Origin: Macrostomum lignano
Lineage: Eukaryota
Direction of reading: 5' to 3'
Length of the DNA stretch: 64,000 nt
Assembly (NCBI GenBank): GCA_002269645.1
Contig: NIVC01000284.1
Location: 124,001 to 188,000 of the forward strand
The notes under the pieces were generated by a model that did not search any database, had not been told where the DNA came from, and saw nothing but the letters and a program-made list of their open reading frames with translations. Below, in pieces: positions 35,101 through 49,349 of this stretch; the first letter of the stretch is position 1; every line of letters begins with the position of its first letter. The translations under genes were made by a program, and so were the position numbers.

Positions 35101-38100
35101 CTCAGTCAATAATCTGATTCGAGTCTCGTTGGCGAATACCTGCTGTCGCATGTCCGCTAGCGGGTCGCCTGTGCCTTCAGGTCACGGGAGGTTAAATGGG
35201 GCAATTAGGCTTAAGCAAAGGGATAATTAAAGTGAAAGTTTCTTTGTTCCAATTTTAAGCACAAAATATCCGGCCTAAAGCTTTGGAGAGAAAGCTTTAA
35301 CAGTCTTATTGCTTTTACTTTGCTTCAAAATGTACACTTCTAGACAGTTAACGATATTTTCTAACTCTTTCTACTGTATCCTCGCCTCTCTTTTCTACTC
35401 TCCTCTAATCTCTCCTCTCCTCTATCCTCTTTTCTCTCTTATCCTCTTTCCTCGCAAATGCATTTCGCATTTAAAACACGCCTCAAACAAAATTTGCCAG
35501 TTGTAATTTGCACTGTTTGCACAAATTTTCATGCTACATGCTTCTGTAGTCCGGGAACCGGATGAATAGTTTAATTGAAATCATCATTGTCTGTTCAAAG
35601 AGTCAGAATCGATTTAATTTTTATCTGCTTCATTGTCAGAAATTTTATCTCGACTGGTTTTAAAATTGAAATTGACTGATTCTATTTTTCATCTATCAAA
35701 AAATTTCACAATGGCTGAATTCTATCGTCTCTGTTTGCCACCTGTATTGGCTACATGGCTCCTCCACCCTTTCACTCACTCCCACACCCTCTCACTCTCT
35801 CACCCTCCCTCACTCCCTCACCCTCTCACTCCCTCACCCTCACTCACTCCCTCACCCTCTCACTCCCTCACCCTCACTCACTCCCTCACCCTCCCTCACT
35901 CCCTCAACCTCACTCTCTCCTCACCCTCACTCCCTCACCCTCTCACTCTCTCACCCTCACTCACTACCTCACCCTCACTCACTCCCTCACCCTCACTCAC
36001 TCCCTCACCCTCACTCACTCCCTCACCCTCACTCACTCCCTCACCCTCACTCACTCCCTCACCCTCACTCACTCCCTCACCCTCTCACTCCCTCACCCTC
36101 ACTCACTCCCTCACCCTCACTCACTACCTCAACCTCACTCCCTCACCCTCTCACTCCCTCACCCTCACTCACTCCCTCACCCTCACTCACTCACTACCTC
36201 ACCCTCACTCCCTCACCCTCTCACTCCCTCACCCTCACTCACTCCCTCACCCTCACTCACTCACTACCTCACCCTCACTCCCTCACCCTCTCACTCCCTC
36301 ACCCTCACTCACTCCCTCACCCTCACTCACTACCTCACCCTCACTCCCTCACCCTCTCACTCCCTCACCCTCACTCACTCCCTCACCCTCACTCACTCTC
36401 TCCTCACTCTCTCACTCTCTCACCTTCCCTCACTCCCTCACCCTCTCACTCCCTCACCCTCTCACTCTCTCACCTTCCCTCACTCCCTCACCCTCACTCA
36501 CTCCCTCACCCTCACTCACTCTCTCCTCACTCTCTCACTCTCTCACCTTCCCTCACTCCCTCACCCTCACTCACTACCTCACCCTCACTCCCTCACCCTC
36601 TCATTCCCTCACCCTCACTCACTCCCTCACCCTCACTCTCTCACTACCTCACCCTCACTCCCTCACCCTCCCTCACTCCCTCAACCTCACTCTCTCCTCA
36701 CCCTCACTCCCTCACCCTCTCACTCTCTCACCCTCACTCACTCCCTCACTCTCTCACCTTCACTCACTCCCTCACCCTCACTCACTACCTCACCCTCACT
36801 CCCTCACTCTCTCACTCCCTCACCCTCACTCACTCCCTCACCCTCACTCACTCACTACCTCACCCTCACTCCCTCACCCTCTCACTCCCTCACCCTCACT
36901 CACTCCCTCACCCTCACTCACTCACTACCTCACCCTCACTCCCTCACCCTCTCACTCCCTCACCCTCACTCACTCCCTCACCCTCACTCACTCTCTCACC
37001 CTCCCTCACACTCACTCACCCTCTCACTCTCTCACACTCCCTCACCCTCTCACTCCCTCACCCTCACTCACTCCCTCACCCTCACTCACTCTCTCACCCT
37101 CCCTCACCCTCACTCACTCCCTCACCCTCTCACTCCCTCACCCTCACTCACTCCCTCACCCTCACTCACTCCCTCACCCTCACTCACTCCCTCACCCTCA
37201 CTCACTCCCTCACCCTCTCACTCCCTCACCCTCACTCACTCCCTCACCCTCACTCACTCTCTCCTCACTCTCTCACTCTCTCACCTTCCCTCACTCCCTC
37301 ACCCTCACTCACTACCTCACCCTCACTCCCTCACCCTCTCACTCCCTCACCCTCCCTCACTCCCTCAACCTCACTCTCTCCTCACCCTCACTCCCTCACC
37401 CTCTCACTCTCTCACCCTCACTCACTACCTCACCCTCACTCACTCCCTCACCCTCACTCACTCCCTCACCCTCACTCACTCCCTCACCCTCACTCACTCC
37501 CTCACCCTCACTCACTCCCTCACCCTCACTCACTCCCTCACCCTCTCACTCCCTCACCCTCACTCACTCCCTCACCCTCACTCACTACCTCAACCTCACT
37601 CCCTCACCCTCTCACTCCCTCACCCTCACTCACTCCCTCACCCTCACTCACTCACTACCTCACCCTCACTCCCTCACCCTCTCACTCCCTCACCCTCACT
37701 CACTCCCTCACCCTCACTCACTCACTACCTCACCCTCACTCCCTCACCCTCTCACTCCCTCACCCTCACTCACTCCCTCACCCTCACTCACTACCTCACC
37801 CTCACTCCCTCACCCTCTCACTCCCTCACCCTCACTCACTCCCTCACCCTCACTCACTCTCTCCTCACTCTCTCACTCTCTCACCTTCCCTCACTCCCTC
37901 ACCCTCTCACTCCCTCACCCTCTCACTCTCTCACCTTCCCTCACTCCCTCACCCTCACTCACTCCCTCACCCTCACTCACTCTCTCCTCACTCTCTCACT
38001 CTCTCACCTTCCCTCACTCCCTCACCCTCACTCACTACCTCACCCTCACTCCCTCACCCTCTCACTCCCTCACCCTCACTCACTCCCTCACCCTCACTCT

Positions 38101-41100
38101 CTCACTACCTCACCCTCACTCCCTCACCCTCCCTCACTCCCTCAACCTCACTCTCTCCTCACCCTCACTCCCTCACCCTCTCACTCTCTCACCCTCACTC
38201 ACTCCCTCACTCTCTCACCTTCACTCACTCCCTCACCCTCACTCACTACCTCACCCTCACTCCCTCACTCTCTCACTCCCTCACCCTCACTCACTCCCTC
38301 ACCCTCACTCACTCACTACCTCACCCTCACTCCCTCACCCTCTCACTCCCTCACCCTCACTCACTCCCTCACCCTCACTCACTCACTACCTCACCCTCAC
38401 TCCCTCACCCTCTCACTCCCTCACCCTCACTCACTCCCTCACCCTCACTCACTCTCTCACCCTCCCTCACACTCACTCACCCTCTCACTCTCTCACCCTC
38501 ACCTCTCACTCCCTCACCCTCACTCACTCTCTCACCCTCCCTCACACTCACTCACCCTCTCACTCTCTCACACTCCCTCACCCTCTCACTCCCTCACCCT
38601 CACTCACTCCCTCACCCTCACTCACTCTCTCACCCTCCCTCACCCTCACTCACTCCCTCACCCTCTCACTCCCTCACCCTCACTCACTCCCTCACCCTCA
38701 CTCACTACCTCACCCTCACTCCCTCACCCTCACTCACTCCCTCACCCTCCCTCACTCCCTCACCCTCACTCTCTCCCTCACTCCTCACTCACTCACCTCA
38801 CCCTCACTCCCTCACCCTCTCACTCTCTCACCCTCACCTCACTCCCTCACCCTCACTCTCTCCTCACCTCTCACTCTCTCACCCTCCCTCACTCCCTCAC
38901 CCTCACTCACTCCTCACCTCACTCCCTCACCCTCTCACTCCCTCACCCTCACTCACTCCCTCACCCTCACTCCTCACCCTCACCCTCACTCCCTCACCCT
39001 CACTCACTCCCTCACCCTCACTCCTCCTCACCCTCACTCCCTCACCCTCTCACTCTCTCACCCTCACTCACTCCCTCACCCTCTCACTCCTCACCTCTCA
39101 CTCCCTCACCCTCACTCACTACCTCACCCTCACTCCCTCACCCTCTCACTCCTCACCCTCACTCACTCCCTCACCCTCACTCTCTCCTCACCTCTCACTC
39201 CCTCACCTTCCCTCACTCCCTCACCCTCACTCACTACCTCACCCTCACTCCCTCACCCTCACTCACTCCCTCACCCTCACTCACTCACTACCTCACCCTC
39301 ACTCCCTCACCCTCTCACTCCCTCACCCTCACTCACTCCCTCACCCTCACTCACTACCTCACCCTCACTCACTCCCTCACCCTCACTCACTCACTACCCT
39401 CACCCTCACTCCTCACCTCTCACTCTCTCACCTTCCCTCACTCCCTCACCCTCTCACTCCCTCACCCTCTCACTCTCTCACCTTCCCTCACTCCCTCACC
39501 CTCACTCACTCCCTCACCCTCACTCACTCTCTCCTCACTCTCTCACTCTCTCACCTTCCCTCACTCCCTCACCCTCACTCACTACCTCACCCTCACTCCT
39601 CACCTCTCACTCCCTCACCCTCACTCACTCCCTCACCCTCACTCTCTCACTACCTCACCCTCACTCCCTCACCCTCTCTCACTCCCTCACCCTCACTCAC
39701 TCCCTCACCCTCACTCCTCACCTCTCACTCCCTCACCCTCTCACTCCCTCACCCTCACTCACTCCTCACCCTCACTCACTCACTACCTCACCCTCACTCC
39801 CTCACCTTCCCTCACTCCCTCACCCTCACTCACTACCTCACCCTCACTCCCTCACCCTCTCACTCTCTCACCCTCCCTCACTCCCTCACCCTCACTCTCT
39901 CCTCACTCTCTCACTCTCTCACCTTCCCTCACTCCCTCACCCTCACTCACTACCTCACCCTCACTCCCTCACCCTCTCACTCTCTCACCCTCCCTCACTC
40001 CCTCACCCTCACTCTCTCCTCACTCTCTCACTCTCTCACCTTCCCTCACTCCCTCACCCTCACTCACTACCTCACCCTCACTCCCTCACCCTCTCACTCC
40101 TCACCCTCACTCACTCCCTCACTCCTCCTCACTCACTCACCTCTCACCCTCACTCCCTCACCCTCACTCACTCCCTCACCCTCACTCACTCACCTCACCC
40201 TCACCCTCACTCACTCCCTCACCCTCACTCACTCACCCTCACCCTCACTCCCTCACCCTCTCACTCCCTCACCCTCACTCACTCCCTCACCCTCACTCAC
40301 TCACTCCTCACCCTCACTCACTCTCACCCTCACTCCCTCACCCTCTCACTCCCTCACCCTCACTCACTCCCTCACCCTCACTCACTCACTACCTCACCCT
40401 CACTCCCTCACCCTCTCACTCCCTCACCCTCACTCACTCCCTCACCCTCTCACTCCCTCACCCTCACTCACTCCCTCACCCTCACTCCTCACCCTCACTC
40501 ACTCCCTCACCCTCTCACTCCCTCACCCTCACTCACTCCCTCACCCTCACTCACTACCTCACTCACTCCTCACCTCTCACCTCACCTCACTCCCTCACCC
40601 TCACTCACTACCTCACCCTCACTCCCTCACCCTCTCACTCTCTCACCCTCACTCACTCCCTCACCCTCACTCTCTCACTACCTCACCCTCACTCCCTCAC
40701 CCTCTCACTCTCTCAACCTCACTCACTCCTTACCCTCACTCCCTCACCCTCACCCTCACTCCCTCACCCTCCCTCACTCCCTCACCTCACTCTCTCACCC
40801 TCACTCCCTCACCCTCTCACTCTCTCACCCTCACTCACTCCCTCACCCTCTCACTCCCTCACCCTCCTCACTCCCTCACCCTCACTCACTACCTCACCCT
40901 CACTCCTCACCCTCTCACTCTCTCACCCTCCTCACTCCCTCACCCTCACTCTCTCCTCACTCTCTCACTCTCTCACCTCCTCACTCCCTCACCCTCACTC
41001 ACTACCCTCACCCTCACTCCCTCACCCTCTCACTCCCTCACCCTCACTCACTCCCTCACCCTCACTCACTCACTACCTCACCCTCACTCCCTCACCCTCT

Positions 41101-44100
41101 CACTCCCTCACCCTCACTCACTCCCTCACCCTCACTCACTCACTCCTCACCCTCACTCTCACCCTCTCACTCACCCTCACTCACTCACCCTCACTCACTC
41201 TCTCACCCTCCCTCACCCTCACTCACTCTCTTCACCCTCACTCACTACCCTCTTATACTCCCCCTCTTCACACCGAAGATCCAAGCTACCAAACAAACCT
41301 TCCACATCCTGGTTAACCGGTCCATTGAGATCGGGATACTCAATGAGCAGTCGCTTCTCGTCTTCGCTTTTTTGCAGCGACGTCTGCAAGTCGGACACCT
41401 GAGATTTCAATCGCTGAACAGACAGAGTGAGATTGTCTTGGGCCTCTGTTAGCGTCTTGATTAGCATCTGAAATTTTAACCGATCATGCTCGACAAAATA
41501 AGGCATGTGGCCTGCTCAGCAACCAATTTAGTGATCCTAGTAACAAATTAAGCGTCTCTAGAAACCACTTTGTCACCTTTAGCGCGAGACATTTCGTAAC
41601 CATAGTAACCCCTTTAACACGCGCCTAACAACAAGTTCAGGCCCATTAGCAACAATTTAAGCCTTACAAGTCTTACAACCAATGTAGCGTCCCTAGACCA
41701 GTTAAGCGATCCTAGCAACTAATTTAGCGGCCCTAGCAACTAATTTAGCGGCCTTGACAACTATTTAAGCGGCCCTAGCAACCGAAATCCTTACCTCAGA
41801 TTCCTTATTCTGCATCTTAGCCGCCACGAGTTCCTTCTCCAAGTCTTTACCAGAGCTTCGATGATTATCCTTGAACTCTTCCAGTTCGTCTAAGGCTTCT
41901 TTAAGCTGCTCATTCTCAGCAGAGAGCTCTGCAACTCGCTCAGCCGTCATTCGATGCTTGGCTTGAAGAGATTCGTTCTGTCTGGCAAGATTTTCGCATT
42001 GCGTAGCTGCCGCTTGGGTTTCTTCTCTGGCTTGGCATAACTGATCAGTGAGGTCTGTCAATCGTTCGCCCACAGATCCCACAGCCAGTTCCAGATCCTC
42101 CAGGCTCAAGTCGTCTCGTTTGCTCACCTGCTTGACTCGATTTTTTACTCGATCTGGACAAAAAGTGTTTTATAGTCAGTTTGCTTCGAATTTTTCAATT
42201 AATTTGCAAATTATGCTACTGTTAGTAGGTTTACACTTTAAGAGATTTTACAACCCTTTTTTATATCCACTATACTGAAAATCTATAGGAGGGAAGGTAG
42301 GAAGTAGGAAGATTTACCCAACAGTTTAATAAGCTCTTCCTGTTGCTCAATACTCTTCTTAGCAGCTTCAATATCCTTCATCAGCTGCAGTTTGGAGGCC
42401 TCCAAAGCTTTATTAGCGCTAGACACTTGGTCAACGGTTGCCTCGTACTGCTTGACCAGCTTGTCCATTTTCGATTCGAGCTCCCGCCGGGATTTGGCCG
42501 CTTTTTCTGCATCGGCCGCTCGTTCCTGGTCGAATTTGACCTCGCGAGTTTTTGCTTGTTCCAGGGCTGCGGTCAGGTCCGCATTCTGCCGCTTCAGCTG
42601 GGCGCTGGTGTCCGACACCTGGGGGTGGTGGCGGTATGTGGCTAACAGGTGATTCTATTTATCTAACAGGTGATTCTATTTATCTAACAGGTGATTCCAT
42701 TTATCTAACAGGTTATTCTATTTATCTAACAGGTGATTCTATTTATCTAACAGGTGATTATATTTATCTAACAGGTGATTCTATTTATCTAACAGGTGAT
42801 TCTATATATCTAACAGGTGCTTTTATTTATCTAACAGGTGATTCTAATGATCTAACAGGTGATTCTAATGATCTAACAGGTGATTCTATTTATCTAACAG
42901 GTGATTCTATTTATCTAACAGGTGATTCTATTTATCTAACAGGTGATTCTATTTATCTAACAGGTGATTCTAATGATCTAACAGGTGATTCTAATGATCT
43001 AACAGGTGATTCTAATGATCTAACAGGTGATTCTAAATGATCTAACAGGTGATTCTAAATGATCTAACAGGTGATTCTAATGATCTAACAGGTGATTCTA
43101 AATGATCTAACAGGTGATTCTAAATGATCTAACAGGTGATTCTAATGATCTAACAGGTGATTCTAAATGATCTAACAGGTGATTCTAAATGATCTAACAG
43201 GTGATTCTAAATGATCTAACAGGTGATTCTAATGATCTAACAGGTGATTCTATTTATCTAACAGGTGATTCCTATTATCTAACAGGTGATTCTATTTATC
43301 TAACAGGTGATTCCTATTATCTAACAGGTGATTCTATTTATCTAACAGGTGATTCTATTTATCTAACAGGTGATTCTATTTATCTAACAGGTGATTCTAT
43401 TTATCTAACAGGTGATTCTATTTATCTAACAGGTGATTCTAAATGATCTGACAGGTGATTCTATTTATCTAACAGGTGATTCTTTTTATCTAACAGGTGA
43501 TTCTATTTATCTAACAGGTGATTCTATTTATCTAACAGGTGATTCTATTTATCTAACAGGTGATTCTATTTATCTAACAGGTGATTCTAATGATCTAACA
43601 GGTGATTATATTTATCTAACAGGTGATTCTAATGATCCCTCACCTGATTGAAATGCTTCACAAGCCTGTTAGCCTCTTTTTCCAACTCGACGCTCCAGCG
43701 CACCAGGTCGCTGGCGGCGAGCCAATCGCCATCGAAGCCGCCATTCGCCTGCTGCAGCTGAGCTCGATAAATTCTCAGCGACGACGGCAGTCGCTCCTTC
43801 TCGCACAGAGCTGACAGGTGAGCGCTGATCCGGGAAAACCCGTGCTGCACCTCAGAGCAACTGTCGCAGGGTACGAATGCTGTTTCTACAGTCTGACAGG
43901 ACTTAGTCGAATTTGGAACAGCTGATCTGATGGGACTCTGGTCTGTTTTGTTAGATTTGACAACATTTTGACTGACCTCTTCTTTCTGTTGTTGCTGTCT
44001 GAGTTCACTTAGGCGAGCCTGCAAAAATTGATGTTTTTAAAGATTTTTTAATGTTCTAATCATACTACTATTTAACACCATAGCAGTAAGTAGCAATGGT

Positions 44101-45739
44101 GGCGTTAAAGAAACAAAAATGAAATTCGAATTGGCGCCCTTTCAATATTGAAATTAGCGCCATTTTTGATACTGAAATTGGCGCCATTTTATAATACTGA
44201 AATTGCCGCCGCCTTTTTTAATACTGAAATTGGCACCTTTTTGAAACTGAAATTGGCGCCACTTTTGATACTGAAATTGGCGCTATTTTTATCTTGAAAT
44301 GGGCGTCATTGTTTGATACTGAAATTGGCGCCACTTTTGATACTAAAATTAACACCATTTTTTATACTGAAATTAGCGCCCATTTTAGATAATAAATTTT
44401 CGCTTACGTCACTAACAGTAGTATCGCTAGCGAATTCCAGAAAAATATGATTTGTTATTAACTATTCACCTCATCTGTTAGTTGCCGAACTAGCAGCGAC
44501 ATTTGCCCCATCCGGTTCCAGAATTTCTTTGCCGCCAAACCAAGACTGCTTCCTCCAGCGTGAGTCTGACTGCCGCTCGATTGGCCGGCTTCAGCGGGGA
44601 GATGAGTCAGGATAAACTGGGACAGCACTTGTAGCAGTAGATTGTACCTGTTTTAATTAATTTAAACCAATTATATTTAAAATAAAACTGTGACTTGTCG
44701 TTGAAAAAATACAAACGTATAAGAAAATATTTAAAAATCTGTGCTCTGAAGTGATAACTTGTGTTTTGAAGTGAGTACCTGTCCTGAAGTGAGTACCTGT
44801 GTCCTGAAGTGAAAACATGTGTCCTGAAGTGAAAACATGTGTCCTGAAGTGAGTATCTGTGTCCTGAAGTGAGTACCCTTGTCCTGAAGTGAATACCTGT
44901 GTCCTGAAGTGAATACCTGTGTCCTGAAGTGAATACCTGTGTCCTGAAGTGAATACCTGTGTCTTGAAGTGAGTACCTGTGTCCTGAAGTGAGTACCCTT
45001 GTCCTGAAGTGAATACCTGTGTCCTGAAGTGAATACCTGTGTCCTGAAGTGAGTACCTGTGTCCTGAAGTGAGTACCCTTGTCCTGAAGTGAATACCTGT
45101 CATGAAGTGAGTACCTGTGTCTTGAAGTGAGTACCCTTGTCCTGAAGTGAATACCTGTGTCCTGAAGTGAGTACCCTTGTCCTGAAGTGAATACCTGTCA
45201 TGAAGTGAGTACCCTTGTCCTGAAGTGAATACCTGTGTCCTGAAGTGAATACCTGTGTCCTGAAGTGAATACCTGTGTCCTGAAGTGAATACCTGTGTCC
45301 TGAAGTGAATACCTGTGTCCTGAAGTGAGTACCTGTGTCCTGAATTGAGTACCTGTGTCCTGAAGTGAGTACCTGTGTCCTGAATTGAGTACCTGTGTCC
45401 TGAAGTGAGTACCCTTGTCCTGAAGTGAGTACCTGTGTCCTGAAGTGAATACCTGTGTTATATATTATATATTACATACAGTATATATTACCTGTCAATA
45501 ACAAGCTCCAACAGCACTATGTGTGACACTTGATTAGCCTCTGGCTCGTCCATACAGAATGCATACTGCTGAAGCAAGTAGGGAATGTCGAGATCGCACG
45601 CTTTCTTGTCAGGAAATTTCCATGACATCACAGGCACAGGCCCGGCCTTGGCTATGAGCTCCTGCAGTACGTTGTGCAAGTCGCGGGCGTCGCTTGAAAG
45701 ACTTTTTAAACAATATTCACTGCCAAGTAAGTGAGCCAT
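32104..45739 (-). CDS. CCDC157: Coiled-coil domain-containing protein 157 homolog (about 794 aa) ending in a C2HC zinc-finger-like motif
   Basis: complement join(45492-45739, 44470-44647, 43644-44018, 42318-42618, 41795-42153, 41299-41467, 34865-35174 [or 35168], 32104-32548), all GT-AG and in phase. N-terminus MAHLLGSEYCLKSL...AGPV...SWKFPD...ACDLD...SHIVLLELVIDR and QTVETAFVPCDSC, LPSSL, LLIEYPDL match CCDC157 as I recall it. Confidence 0.88.
32590..34770. repeat. 20 bp unit ttgattcccctcctggtgtc array in last CCDC157 intron
   Basis: About 108 copies. Confidence 0.97.
35760..41260. repeat. 5.5-kb compound (ctca/ccct) array in CCDC157 intron
   Basis: ctcactccctcacc-type units; about 1.46-kb higher-order duplication (35891 versus 37352). 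Confidence 0.97.
41520..41785. repeat. Degenerate about 21 bp repeat aatttagcggccctagcaact
   Basis: A few copies inside CCDC157 intron 41468-41794. Confidence 0.65.
42640..43630. repeat. 21 bp unit tctaacaggtgattctattta array in CCDC157 intron
   Basis: About 47 copies. Confidence 0.96.
44120..44400. repeat. 22-25 bp unit tactgaaattggcgccatttt(t)
   Basis: About 11 degenerate copies. Confidence 0.85.
44745..45460. repeat. 20 bp unit gtgtcctgaagtga(g/a)tacct array in first CCDC157 intron
   Basis: About 35 copies. Confidence 0.96.
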
Positions 45740-46676
45740 GATTGCAGAAAATGACAAATTATTGAGTATGAAAGTATTTCATTCTAATTAATAAGTTTGA
45801 TAACTATATATCTAAAATGCTGAGCTGCAAACTGAATTAATCCTGAAAAAAAGTAGAACCTTAGTAGAATTAAAGAAAGACCTATAACCTGCAAAGGCAA
45901 TGCCAATTAATTTTCCTGCTAAGTCTTAAATTTCAGGTATGATTTACGAGCTAGATCTCAGTGCTGCTGTGAAAACTTTATTCAAATGAAATCGCAATTG
46001 CTATTTAACGAATGTTTGAACGAAAGTAAAATGTCTTAAAATGAGGAAATCTAAGGTGGTAAAGAATACTGAAAATTCGAATTCTAATAATTTTTTTGCA
46101 ATACATTAAAATACATTACAGTCTATTTTGCATTTTGAAATAAACTGGATAGTTATTGAATAAAAAGCATCATGGCAAGCCAATATTCATTATTCATGAA
46201 ACTTGTTATGTTCCTTACAATTTATATTAGTATATTAACGCGATAAAAAAAAATTACATAAATTGCGCTGCTCTCACATTATAGGAGAATAAAAAGGATA
46301 AAGGTGCAAAAATGCGTCAAGCTTCACAAAAGAGTTAGAATTTTTCAAGACAAAATGGTGCGGCGTTGGTTGTGCAGCATTTTAAACAAAGTAAAACTTG
46401 CACAAAAACTTTTTGCATAACAGTGGTTTATAAACTACTCTAAAAGAGAAAAATCTTTAATTGGTTTGATTTGGAATAAACAGAGCTTAACATACTCTCT
46501 GACAAAAAATGCCGCGTACTTCCTATTGTTCCGATTTAAATATCACTGTTTTTGTAAGTTTTTCCTAAGTTTGAACTATTTAAATTTGTATTCAATATAT
46601 TAATCTCTATTTGCTATTGATTCGATTGTGTTTAAATTTAACGTTTTATGTTTTGCGAGTAAAATTGATAAGCTCC

Positions 46677-49231
46677 ATGGCTCTCTATCACTATGCATCG
46701 CTTCTAGCGTTGCTATTGTTAGCAATACAAGTCGGTAAGTAAAGACGAAGTTATTGCTGAAATCTTTTTAAACTATACCCATGATTGTGCCACATGGTCT
46801 CACTCTATGATAATTCAGAATCGTCGAATTTAAGAATTTAGTCTTCAAATTTTTATCCAATTAAGAAACAAGTTATTTATACTCCAGTCTAAGGCACATG
46901 ATTTATTTACTATCGATACCATATTTACAATCATTGCAATTGCAAGTTAAAATTAGCAAGCAGGAGTCAAGTATAGTAGATTTTTTTATATAATAACCAA
47001 TTTAATATAACAAATTCTACTTGATAGCCTATTTACTTAGTTGTAGAGTTATGATGACAATAACTATATAAATGGTCTAGTAGATCAAATTATAGAATTT
47101 GGCTATGCCCATTGACACATTGCATTGCATATTTATTATAGATATAATGATCTTAGAGAAAAGATTAAATGCTAAGTATTGTTCAATTTTTTTATTCTAT
47201 CCAGAGGCTATTTGATCATTTGAACTTTTATTGTATGGTCAATAGGCTATCTACTTTAATTAGCCAATAATATTACATTGAAACATTGTATACTATCTTT
47301 TTATCTACTTTTAATTAAAAGTTTTATAGTTAAATATAAATTTGAATGTGTTTAATTTAGCTTAGTTTATCTTAGTAGATAATGTTAGCTAATAAACATA
47401 AAGAACTTAAATACTAGTCTTGTCTTTTTGTTATTTGAGATCTCATTGTTCATAATAGTTCAAAGCTTATTGTAATGTGAAACTTTTGATTGTTTTTAGG
47501 CCAAAGAAATCTTAGACACTTATTTTAACTAACATTTAGGGGTGTCTTTGGACAATAGACATTGCAGACACTTTACTCCAATATCCAAGGGTCTCTTTAG
47601 TCTATAGACATCTTAGACACTTTTTTCCAACCAATATCTAGGGATGTCTTTGAGCCATAAACATCTTAAATCCTTCTCTCCAACATCTAGTAGAGCTAGT
47701 GTCTTTGGGCTATAGACATTTCAGAAACTTCATTCCAACATCTAGGAGTGTCTTTGGACCATAGTCATCTGAGACACTTCGCTCCAACCAACATCTAGGG
47801 TGTCTTTGGGCTTTAGATTTCTGAGACATTTTAATTCAACCAATATTCAGGGGTTTATTTATGCCATAGATATCTTAGAAACCTTACTTCCACATCCAGA
47901 GGTTGTCTTTGGGCCATAGACATCTCAGACACTTCAATCTAATACCCAGGGGAGTCTTTAGGCCATCGACATCATGGAAACTTTACTTCAACCAATATTC
48001 AGGAGTGTCTTTGAGCTATAGACGTCACAGACACTTTAATTCACTCCAGCATACAGGAGTGTCTTTCGGCCATAGACATCACAGACACTTTACTTCAACC
48101 AACATCCAGTAGTGTCTTTGGGCCGTAGAAATCACAGACACTACTTCAACCAACATCCAGTAGTGTCTTTGGGCCGTAGAAATCACAGACACTACTTCAA
48201 CCAACATCCAGTAGTGTCTTTGGGCCATAGACATCACAGACACTTTACTTCAACCAACATCCAGTAGTGTCTTTGGGCCATAGAAATCACAGACACTACT
48301 TCAACCAACATCCAGTAGTGTCTTTGGGCCATAGAAATCACAGACACTACTTCAACCAACATCCAGTAGTGTCTTTGGGCCATAGACATCACAGACACTT
48401 TACTTCAACCAACATCCAGGGGTGTCTTTGGGCCATAGACATCACAGACACTTTACTTCAACCAACATCCAGTAGTGTCTTTGGGCCATAGACATCACAG
48501 ACACTTTACTTCAACCAACATCCAGTAGTGTCTTTGGGCCATAGACATCACAGACACTTTACTTCAACCAACATCCAGTAGTGTCTTTGGGCCATAGACA
48601 TCACAGACACTTTACTTCAACCAACATCCAGGGGTGTTTGTGGGCCATAGACATCACAGACACTTTACTTCAACCAACATCCAGGGGTGTTTGTGGGCCA
48701 TAGACGTCTCAGATGCTGCACTCCAACATCCAGGGGTGTTTGTGGGCCATAGACGTCTCAGATAGAAATCTGTTCAATATTTCTTTAACAAGCTGCATTA
48801 TATCTGACACATAAATAAACGTAAGCTCTCTTTCCAAATTCGCCACAGACCACAGCTCGGCCATCATGTGCTATCAATGCGACAGCCAAGAAGACAGCTC
48901 TTGTCCCGACAGTCGCTATTTCGATCAGCGCACCAACGCTCTGATCGACTGCACCAGCTTTCAGGCTCGCGTGCCCGGCACTTTCTGTGTGAAAATCTAT
49001 CAGGAAAGCACTGGTTGGCATTCTTGGATTAAGGTTACACGAAGATGCGGCTCTCGACCGGAGCGAATTGCCTGGGGCTGCAATTACAGATTCGTTGATA
49101 TGGGAGTCTATAGAGAGACTTGCTATTGTTCGGATAAAGATGGATGCAACAGCTCTAAATCTTTGGCTGCATCCGCGTCTACCCTGTGCCTGACTGGGCT
49201 GCTGCTTCTGGTGCTGGCTCTGCTGAGATAA
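46677..49231 (+). CDS. Ly6/uPAR (three-finger) protein, quiver/sleepless-like, signal peptide + predicted GPI anchor
   Basis: join(46677-46734, 48849-49231), phase-1 intron (GTAAGT...CAG). Signal peptide MALYHYASLLALLLLAIQV, ten Cys from CYQC to CYCSDKDGCN, small residues then hydrophobic tail LCLTGLLLLVLALLR. Confidence 0.85.
47540..48770. repeat. 51-53 bp unit gtgtctttgggccatagacatcacagacactttacttcaaccaacatccagta in Ly6 intron
   Basis: Degenerate at the left end, homogeneous at the right. Confidence 0.93.
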
Positions 49232-49349
49232 ATTGTGGTTTTTTGACAGTTTTATTGCTGTAGTAAGTGTAAATCAAGTTATTGACAGTGCATCTACTTG
49301 GGGGAGTCATTAACGATGCAAGAGAAGCCAACACCTCTACTCCAACAGA

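Noticed and set aside
35633-41452. 1939-aa and 1853-aa S/L/T/H/P-rich ORFs
   Set aside because: Translations of a stop-free C/T/A compound satellite lying antisense inside a CCDC157 intron; open in several frames.
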